From the NCBI GenBank assembly GCA_002633005.1, contig NMRA01000115.1, positions 878,124 through 942,123 on the forward strand: a stretch of 64,000 nt of DNA, read 5' to 3'. The first letter of the stretch is position 1, and the number at the start of each line of letters is the position of its first letter. Of this stretch, positions 53,854-64,000 are shown piece by piece. Below the pieces are notes generated by a model. That model worked only from the letters and a program-made list of their open reading frames with translations, was not told the DNA's origin and searched no databases. Position numbers and translations under genes: made by a program. Origin of the DNA: Phoronis australis. Taxonomy: Eukaryota > Animalia > Phoronida.

Positions 53854-56482
53854 ATCTGGGATATAAACCTTCAAAGTCAGAGAAATGTAGACATTAAAGA
53901 TCATACAGAAGCTAAAGAAACATGACCCTGACCTCTCCCCCAGCAAGTTGCCTATTCCTTGAGGGATCGGGCCATGAGGTGCTGCCTTAGCAGATACATG
54001 AAGGACAACAGGGGTGTTTAACTTTCGTTATTGATGACATTTTGGTCTGGCTGACACATGCAGCTATAGTTCTCCACTTGGGTCCAAGTCGGTGTCATAA
54101 ATATTAATGTTGGCTGCATTTTAGTTGCACTCTGGCTTCTTCTCATGTATCAATGTTTGGGTTGTGATGACGCACATTTATTCCAGTGAATTTATCTGCC
54201 CGTCTATCAAATGTATTACTATTCTCCTGGACTAGACGTTTGTTACTTTTGTTAGTTTTCTTGGTGGTTCTTTCGCATTGACGCTTACGCTATTTCTGAT
54301 CCTGACTCACACTTGCACTAACATACTAATACAAGCTCTGACATACTGTACCACGAAAGAAAGCATGAAAAAACGAAAATGAAGTTCAAGGTCCCAAAAT
54401 GCATGCTGAATGGTGTTTTTTTTAATTCGTCTGCAGATGCCACAACCAGATGGACTTGAGCAGTAGTTCCCGTGGTCTATTTCTGCCGGCACAGGATCGA
54501 GGATTTTTCAATTAGCATCCGAGCGGCAAATTGAAAACAGGTGACTTGTCGATTATTTTAAAGTTTTATTACACAAGTTTTGGTCTATTTACACACTATA
54601 CCCATATCCCAACGATATGCTGCGACCCACGGATACAAAAAACGGAAGGAGAAGGGTTTAAGACGAAAATTATGAAGGTAAACGAACGTTTCTTACATTT
54701 CATACATCTTTAGTATAAATAGGGTACATCTCGGCACTCTGAAGGCTCTGAAGTCCTGACATCCAAAATACGTCTATTGAAAATGTTTTTAAAAAGGCCT
54801 TATCTGGCCAAAAAGAAAGCTAGTTAGTTCAAAACTGGTTCGAACATCTCTGAGACCATAAAACCTCAACGACAGCAGAGCAGCAAAATTTTAGTTGCGG
54901 TGAACCGAAATATGAAAATGTAAATTAAAGCAACAGCTCAGTGCTAATTGAAAATTTTTGTTTGGATCCTTCCCAGAGACACTGGCTCTTTGAAGAACTG
55001 ATTTCAAACAGGCACGTGCTTACAAACACCCGAACGTTTTGCTGGAAGTCTCTGTTCAGAACCTCGTGTCATAAAATTTCGAACTTTTAGCTTTCGAACT
55101 AATGGACTTCCGGATCTGTGTGGATCTTCGGATTTATGTATTTGTGGACTTGCAAAACTTCGGAACCATGAATACCGGGAATTCATAACTTCGACAACTC
55201 TTTCTCACTTCTAGTTTAAAATTGAGGTCGTATGTTTTTACCACTTGCAATGGGTTGATTTCCTTTTAACCTTATTGTAGATTTTTTAGTGATTTGACCA
55301 TTCGTCGAACCACTGGACTTTGACGTTGCAAACAATGACAGTGTACCAAAGTACCACGTACACGAATGACACCAGGGCCAGAAGGTATGGTGCTGTTCAA
55401 CTATAAACATCCTAGAAGCTACAAGTTTCGACTGCACGCGAGCTCTATGAGCCATCAAAACTTTACCGAACACTTGTTTGATTTGAAAAGCAAAGTGAAA
55501 AATCTACTCGCCAGCCATTCAACCATCTGTCTGTGTTCATATACACTCTTTCACAGCTGGTTTCATCACATAAAAGACAAATTCACATTGATAGTGAAAC
55601 AACTGTATCAATAACAAGATGCGAATTTGATTTAATGAACTTACTTTAAACACTTGATGGAACTGTGCTCAACCGCCATCTTCAGTTGGTCTCCTACTGT
55701 CCCTAAAGGTTTCGTCCCTAAACCAAGACCATCTCTAGTAGGCGGGACAACATAGTTGATCAGGCTCTGTCTGACGGTTGTTGGTGGTGTTGCTGTTGGT
55801 ATTTCATCCAAATCCAACAAGATGCCTGCTCAGTTTAAGTGGCTACGTCGCGTAGAAGAGCCTTCTTTCCTAACACGGAGACGCCAAGAGACCTCGCCAT
55901 GGTAATGACCGAAATTATTCCACAAGTGATATCAGAAACACTGTTAATATTCTAAAGTGTGATCATTTCCGTTTCGTTTTGTGGACCGTGTTAAAATCTT
56001 AGTATTCGAACATTTTACCTAAATCTGATCATCGATTTCTGAGATATAAGCCTTCAAACTCAAAAAACCCATAAAATTTAGCAAAAAAACCCCAAAACAT
56101 TGATAGTAAAACAATGGTATCAATATAACATAATCGAATTTGATAAAAATATTCGGGAAGTGATCACAGAAACACTGTTGATGTGGTAAACTATGATCAA
56201 TTCATTTTCCTGTAGTGATAGGTGTTCAAATCATAGTATGTGGCATTTGACCTAAATCTGAACAGCTATTTTCAAGGGTTATACAGAACCTGAACAAGCA
56301 GGACCCTGACCTCTCAACCACTGGCAGTGAACGAAAGATGTCACGGGACCACCAACACACCAGAGACGAAAATCTAAAAAGATACCAGGAAGTTGCCTCT
56401 TCCGTGAGGGGACGCCCATGAGATGCGGTCTTACCCGATACATAGGGGACGATAGAGTTACATAACTTTCATTACTGAATGC

Positions 56483-57650
56483 AATAGCTCACTTGCGAGT
56501 TTCTCGTTAGTCAATGTGACGTCACCGGAAGAGGGACAAAACCCGCCATATTGCTCTTGTTTTGCCCCGAGTCTTTGCTACACACGCTAAATCTTACTGG
56601 AGTTCTTATGGTGAATTTTACGCTTAAAACGTTAACACAACTTTAGGGGTGGTAGATAGATCGTGGAATAACTGTGAATGGACGAAGAAAATGTGAACTT
56701 GTTATGTTGTGCGAAGGTGTGAACGGACTGAAATTGGAACTCAACCCGGTCTAGGCCTGAATGCCGCAGGCCATACAGGGGCGATAGTGTATCCCCATAA
56801 AAAGGTTACTCACTTCAAAATACAGCAAATAAAATAAAATGAAACATGCATATGAGCACATGGAGTTATAATTAACATATACTCTGACTCTGGATACAAT
56901 TTAGTCTACAAATAACTTAAACATATCCATGAAAACCTCGCGGTTCGCTCGCTTTCTCACGGGGCGCCATTTTGAGGAAGTTACGTGAAATCACGCCTGT
57001 TGACGAAAAAGAGTCCAGGGGAGACAAATCTTACAAATTTCACCTGATATTTTTTCATGCTATTTTGCAAGTGTCACGCGCCAGGTCACGCGCCAGGTCT
57101 CGCGCTTCGCTCAGTCTCGCGCTTGCCTTTGCCTCGTACTCCCCTGACTCAGTCGAAATACTTTGTGGTTATCGCGCGCTCGCGCGCGCGGTCAAAGTTG
57201 ACAGTAGGCTACCCACAAAGTGGAGTTGGAATTCTTCGCCAAAGTCACCAGAACTCCCGTAGCTATGCTTCATCGAAGATATGTTTAGAAGCAGAAAGGA
57301 TCACTGAAGGAAGTGATAATTTTAGGAGTAGAATGTATTTTTGACGAGGTGAAAACTTATCAGTGAGCGGATTTCGCCTACCTCCCGTTTAAAATACACG
57401 GGACGAAATTAGCACAGAACGCGATTGAACGTATTGTAGTGCGAATCTGAATTTCATTAGCCATAACAGCAATGCTTGTTTGGCATTTTTCGAACTAAAC
57501 GGCTAAAAACTCGAAGAAAATGACAGAATACACTCTGCTACCGTATTGGGCAAATGGCCAAACGAAAAGCTATTGCCACACTTCCCGTGACGTCACAGTT
57601 GAGTCTCACATAATCTCGCGTTATTGTTATAAACTCGCAAAAGGACTATT
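56483..57650. mobile_element. Nonautonomous DNA transposon with AATAG...CTATT termini; internal part shared with ~24130-24760
   Basis: AATAGCTCACTTGCGAGTTT / AAACTCGCAAAAGGACTATT and GTGACGTCACCGGAAG / CTTCCCGTGACGTCAC inverted pairs. Confidence 0.6.
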
Positions 57651-58454
57651 TGGTCTCGCTGACACTTGCAGTTACAGCTCTCCACCTGTGACAACTGTGT
57701 TATGTCCAGATTATTATAATAGGATTTAAGTGTTTACTGTATTTTTGTTGTATTCTAGGTTGTACTCATGTTTTAGTATTTGGGAGATGATGACACACAT
57801 GTACTTCAAATAGGTGGATCTTTGTATCTATCAAATCCATTACTATTCGCTTGGACTAAACTTTTGTTACTTATCTTGCTGGTACATTCGCACTGACGCT
57901 AATGCTATTTCTAATAACGACTATGAATTGCACTAACATACTAACACAAGCCATAACATACTAAGAAAAATAGCATGGCTGAATTCAAATTACGTTCTAC
58001 GTTCAAGGTTCAATGGTGAATTCCTTTGCAGATGCCACAAGTAGCTGAACAGTGGTTCCCATGATCGATCTCTGCCGTGGCGCAGTCGAGGATTTCTCAA
58101 TTAATATGGGAGTGGCAAATTAAAAACATTAGTTGATATCTCGATTGTTTGTAAATTTTATTTATGCACGTTTTTGTTTATTTGATCGCCATACCCACGC
58201 AACAACGATACCACGCAGCCCACGGAAAACCAAAACGGAACAAGAAGGATGGAAGACGAAAATGCACAAGCGGAGACTAAAACTGGACTGCAATATTGCG
58301 TATGCGCAGTTAAAACTCTGCGCGGGGTGTATGCACACGCATAGTGAAGTATAGGCGCATTACATTACATAAAAGTTGCACCCTTCGGGTTTTCACCCGA
58401 TGTCCCTGGTAACAATGAAAGAGCAAGAGTGAAAAATTAGAATGCCAATGGAAA

Positions 58455-60290
58455 ATTGCACTTAATGACCCCACAGTTGCACTTAATTACTCCAAAGTTT
58501 GTGACTGAATTTAATTTACGAATAGAAATTATATATGTGTTAAAAGAAAACTGCACTCAATGACTCCAAAGTTTCACCTAGTGACCCCAAAGTTTTTGAC
58601 TGAACTTCCTTTATGAATGGAAGGTCTAGCTCAAAAATCACTTTTGCATTTAATGACCTTTGACCCGGAAACTCGGTTCCCTTTATCCGATTGGAAATCC
58701 AAATAAATTTTAGATGTAATTCTCTGGTGCCTACTTGTTAACAAAATTCGAACAGCCTATCTAAAAACCTGTAGAAAAAGAAGCATTTTAATTAAGTGCA
58801 CTCATTGACCCGTTTTGGGTCATTGCGGTGCATTTTGGGTAAAAAAATATGATTAATAAAAACCTCTTGATCATCGTATCAAGGATTCTGAATATGATTG
58901 TTGTTAACTAATGGATGTAAGAATAATAACTATCTGAAAAGGAAGGAAGAATAAGAATAATAAGAATAAGAATAAGAAGATAAAATACGTAGAACAGTAA
59001 AACTGTGCTTGCACGAGCAGAGTAATAAGAACAAGAATGAAAAGTAAGAATATCAACGGAAAATTGCACCAAATGACCCCACAGTTGCACCAAATGACCC
59101 CAAAGTTTGTGGCTGAAATTTCCTTTACGAATGAAAAGCATATACGCGATTATGTAAGTTCTAGTTCAAAAATCATTTTTGCACTTACTGACCTTTGACC
59201 CAGAAATTCGGATCAGTTGATCAGATTAAAATTCCAAGTAAGTTCTGTGTGCACTTATATGGCACAAAACTGTTCACAAAATTTGAAGAGGAAATCTCAA
59301 AAATCTTAGAAGGAGAAGCATTTGAAAGAAATATACCGGTTGACCCTCTTGGGGTCCCAGAGAGCATTTTGAGTCACATTCCTATGATCAATAGTGTTTG
59401 ATTGGCTAATGGTTGAGTCACCATGAATATGAACGCCCTCCATAATAGAACATGTAAGTACGAGCTGATTGAAAAAGTCTGAAATTTATCAAAAAACTGC
59501 ACCTCATGACCCCAAAGTTTGTGTGTGGACCTCCTTTGTGAGTGGAAATAATGTGCGTTATTATGAAAGGTCTAGCTCAAAAATCAATTTTGCACTTAAT
59601 GACCTTTGACCCGGAAAGAAGATTCCCTTGATCCGATTCAAATTCCTGGTAAATTTTGGTTACACTTCTCTAGTGCCTACTTGTTATCAAAATTTGGAAA
59701 GTCCATCTCAGAACCCGTAAAAGAAGAAGCATTTTGACGAAATGCACTCCTTGACCCCCTTTGGGTCATTCTGGTGAATTTTGGGTCGGAACATTATATT
59801 CAATGAAAATCCCTTGATTATCGAATCAACCACAATGAATATGATTGTTCGTAATAAATCTATGTTAGAGTAATAACAATAATAAGAAGAATAAAATTGA
59901 AAGAAAACCCAGGAATAACAATGCTCTGCGCTTGCACGCGCCGAGTAATAAGAATAATAAGAATAAGAAGATAAAATACGTAGAACAGTAAAACTCTGCG
60001 CTTGAACGAGCAAAGTAATACGAAGATAAAATACGTGGAACAGTAAAACTCTGCGCTTGCACGCGCAGAGTAATAAAATTGAAGAAAACCCAGGAACAAC
60101 AGACCTGCGCTTGCACACGAACAATAATGAAATTGAAGAAAACCCAGGAACAACAGTACTCTGCGCTTGCACGCGCAGAGTAATAAGAATATAAGATACG
60201 TAGAACAGCAAAACTCTGCGCTTGCACGTTCAGAGTAGTTAAGAAGGTAGTTAAACGCAGCTTGCCAGTCATAGTGCATTAATATAAATA
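58455..60290 (-). repeat. Interspersed repeat copies (TGACCTTTGACC family) with AATAAG microsatellite and ~55-60-bp GCGCTTGCACG tandem units
   Basis: Three similar ~450-600-bp blocks; tandem units at 59920-60290. Confidence 0.6.
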
Positions 60291-61379
60291 GGGTGGAGCT
60301 CGATACTCCGAAGCTTAACATGTCTGAAGGCAAATTATGCGACTATTAAAATGTTTTTAAAAAGGCCTGTAAGGCCGAAGGCTCACCAATCCGACAGGAA
60401 GTCAAGCTGTTTAGTTCGAAACTAGTCTGAAGGTCTATGAGTCCAGATACCCGTGACTTTATGTCATTCACAGCGGTGCAGCCAGACTGTAGTAGCGGTA
60501 AAGGAAAATTTAAAAATGTAAATAAATGAAATAGCGCAGTGTACATTGCCGAAGATTTCTTGGGTCATTTCGAGAGGCACTAAAATACAATTATTTGAAT
60601 GTCGTTTTGTGAACAGTGTTTAAATCACAATATTTGAAAGTTTTACACAAACGTTAGAGATATAAACCTTCAAATTTGGGGAAATCAAATTTGGGGAAAT
60701 GTATACGTTATTTCTTGAGGACCTGGACAAGCAGGACAGTGACTTCACCAACAATGGCAGTGAAGCAAAGATGTCGCTGAACTACCAAGACAAAATAACT
60801 CCAAAGTCGTAAAGGTAAAAAAGTCCAGGAAGTTGCCTCTTCCATGAGGTCGTGCATCACGAGATGAGTGAAAAATCCGATATCCGACTTTGCTCTTGTA
60901 CACGGTTTCACACCTGCTTTCAGGGCATAGTCTCTAAATCTGCGGAGCAGAAGACTGGTAGTTTTGCAATTTCATTTCGGGTGACCTGTGTTACAGTACA
61001 TTCCTTCTCGGAAGTTAACTTCATTTAGTCTTAATTGCTTTATTTAATTTCATTGAATTTGCCAGTTGTTAAACCACTGAACTTTGATTGACTTGTCTAT
61101 CATTAACATGCGGGACCATGGCGTCACAACCAGCTACAGCGCACCAAATTTCCTGCAGTACCACAAACACAATCGACAACAGAGTCTCAAGATTTCATGA
61201 TGTCATTTTAATAACTAGAGATGGGAATTTCTTCCTTAAAGCTGATGGACCTGAATTTCCTTGGCTAACAAGACGGTTAATAATGCATCGAAGCAAACTA
61301 AGAATTTTTATTCCAATATTCTCCATCAATTGTCTTGAAAAAGCCTGTTCCAGTCAACATTCTTCAAAGCTTCAAATGG

Positions 61380-62200
61380 CGTTAGACAAGATGGTATACC
61401 ATTGGACAACCTTTTCAATGTGGACGTGGTTGGACTTATATCACTTTTGAGTGACTCTATAATTGTCTGTGCAATGATATCTCCTGTGTACATCAATCAT
61501 CTTATGTATGCCGAAGATCCTATTCTGTTCTTACAATCAGTTAATGGTATTTTTGAACTTTCAGAATGTGGGCATTATGGTAAAATACATGAGCTTGAAT
61601 ATCAATATCAAGGGTACTGTTATTTGTTTTGAAAGTAGATTGTTAGGAACTTCTGTATTGCACAAATTATATTAATGTGGTGATCCTTTAAAGATTGTAC
61701 AAGAGATTGAATATTTTGTGGTATTATATTTAGTTTCACTAAGGATGGCTGTGACATCTCACGAAGACGAAAAAAAGCTATATGTATGTCCAAGCCTACT
61801 CTATAACTAAAAAATTCCACATGTGTAGTCTCCCTGTCAAAATCAGTTGCGTATCTCTTTCTAAACTCCAATGCATATTGCCCACCGGTTGACGGAGGAA
61901 TTTCAACATGTTTAATATTGCATATCGTTATGTGATCAAGCGTTTCATAGGTTTTTCTAAATTTGAAAGTACCAGTACTGTTTGTACTTTTTGATGCTCA
62001 GTGTTGTATGTAGACTCTGCAAAAACGTATTTACAGAATTGAATGTGATCTCGGAGACATTTCTACTGTCATTGCAGGAATGAATCTGATCTTAAGTTTT
62101 CTTCTAAAATCTGCATTCGTGCAGTTTGCATTAGGGTTCATATTTTCAAATAATTTAGTATAGGTTAAATTTTGTAAAAACTTACAATAAAGTTATATTT
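61380..62200 (+). mobile_element. Degraded LINE reverse-transcriptase 3' fragment
   Basis: INHLMYAEDPILF resembles the (F/Y)ADD RT motif context; broken by stops and frameshifts. Confidence 0.5.
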
Positions 62201-62374
62201 CAAGCGTTCGTTTCTTACGGTCAAATTTTATGTTTTACTGTTACATGTATTCAAAGTATTTCAGCAATAACGTTTATCATATTACTTTATAACCAGAAGT
62301 TTCTATCTAGAATTAACGAAGCAGTCGTAAGGGTAGTCGTGGCAATATAGCAACGGCAACGGCAACGGCAACGG

Positions 62375-63840
62375 CAAACGTATTTTCATGAAATTTGGTA
62401 TGTAGGCACCTATTAGTGAGATCCGCTATCCTCCTGTATTCGGATGGATTTGCTGTAGTTTGCGCCACCTAGTGGCCATTTTTACTGTTTTCGAGTCTGT
62501 TTGTTGCGTACACCCCTCTATCAACAAAACCGCTCAAAGGATGATTGTGAATATTGGCATGTGTGCTTATTATGAAGAGGACGGTTGACGATGATTTTCC
62601 GACGACTTCGACTACTGTGGTGCCTCCTAGTGGCAGTTTTTTTTGCGCCTATGGCTGTATCTCCTAAACCGTTCGCAGGATGTTTACGAAATTTAGTAAG
62701 TATATTTTTATGATGTTAACAACAAATGAAGATGACTTTTGGACAGATCCAACTACCAGTGTGCCCCCTAGTGGCAATTTTATTTTTTTATGTTTACCTT
62801 TGTTTCTTCAAAAGTCTGTAACGGATTTTCGTGAAATTTAATATGTAGGTACCTATTAGTGAGGTGACGCTATCCTCCTGTTTTCGGATGGATTCAACGT
62901 AGTTTGCACCACCTAGGGGCCATTTTTACTGTTTTCGAGTCTGTTTTTGCGTCCACCACTCTATCGATCAAACCGCTCAAAGGATGATTGTGAAAATTAG
63001 CATGTGTGTACTTACCATAAAGAGGACGGTTGACGATGATTTTCCGACGATTTCGACTACTGTGGGGCCTTCTTAGTGGCAGTTTTGTTTTTGTTGCGCC
63101 TATGGCTGTTATCTCCTAAACCGTTCGCAGGATCTTTACTTAATTTAGCAAGTGTATTTATATGATGTTGACTACGGATGACAATGACTTTTGGAGAGAT
63201 GTGATTACTGCTGTGCCCCTAGTGGCAATTTTAGTTTTTTTATGTTTAACTCAGTATCTTCAAAGGTCCTCAACAGATTTTCATAAAATTTTAAATATTA
63301 AGGCATCTATTGGTGTGATGACGCTATCTTCCTGTTTTTGGATGGAATCAAGGTATTTTTCACCATCTAGTGGCCATTTTTGCTGTTTTCATATCTTTGT
63401 TTTTGGTGTTCACCAGTCTGTATCAACCAAATCATTTGAAAATTGTCATATATATGTTCTCAGTGTGAATATGACCTTTGATGATGGTGACTGACTACTT
63501 TGGCGCCTCCTTAAGTGGTAGTTTTGTTTTGCGCCCATAGTTGTATCTCTAATTAAACCCACTGCAGGATCTTTACTAAATTAAGACGACGACGACTTTC
63601 AGGCGGATCCAACGGACACTGTGCCCACTAGTGGCAATTTTATTTTATTCTGTTTTTCTTTGTTTCTCTAAAGTTCCTTGACAGATTTATATGAAATATG
63701 GCATGTTCCTGTTTTTTGGATGGATTCTTTGTTTTTGCGCCATCTATTGGCCATTTTCATAATACAAATATATAACCCTAAAAGCACACCATTTGCAATG
63801 CATTCGTGGGTGCATTTCAACTCTCTGCGTTGCTCTTGTG
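62375..63840 (+). mobile_element. Third (5'-truncated) HINE-like copy
   Basis: CCTAGTGG subrepeats and the same 3' end GCATTCGTGGGTGCATTTCAAC...CGTTGCTCTTGT. Confidence 0.7.
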
Positions 63841-64000
63841 GGCTTTGAAGCTTAGAATTACTTCCACTGCATCAACATAGACAATGATTTTGAAAGTGTG
63901 TTTTATTTTCTATAACCTACAATGTAGCAACTATAAAAAGTCAGCTGTTATCCAGTTTCCATAGTCAGGATAAGGCTTACGTAGCTTAGAAGTGGTGGAG

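Noticed and set aside
59708-60333. Three overlapping 135-167 aa minus-strand ORFs
   Set aside because: Translations of tandem and low-complexity repeat units with no protein signature.

Overview
AT-rich animal genomic DNA, probably an invertebrate (the repeat families look mollusc/lophotrochozoan-like; this is inference). Two intron-containing housekeeping genes lie head-to-head around a ~300-bp bidirectional promoter. POLR2E/RPB5 is on the minus strand (8 exons, 210 aa, one U12-type intron). A selenoprotein GPX4-type glutathione peroxidase is on the plus strand, with an in-frame TGA/Sec codon, a type II SECIS about 3.4 kb after the stop, and candidate mitochondrial, cytosolic and N-acylated (MGCSSS) N-termini. 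Intron 1 of POLR2E holds a young 4.93-kb Ty3/gypsy-like LTR element: 303-bp LTRs with 3 differences, GGCA TSD, tRNA-Ser PBS and a PPT. It has no protease, RT, RNase H or integrase. It encodes a Gag with an N-terminal HhH-like segment and, exactly where pol would be and reached by a canonical -1 slippery site, an intact TatD-family nuclease. This Gag-frameshift-TatD element is the most unusual thing in the window. The rest is MITEs, LINE remnants, Helentron-like nonautonomous repeats, tandem repeats and one assembly gap.
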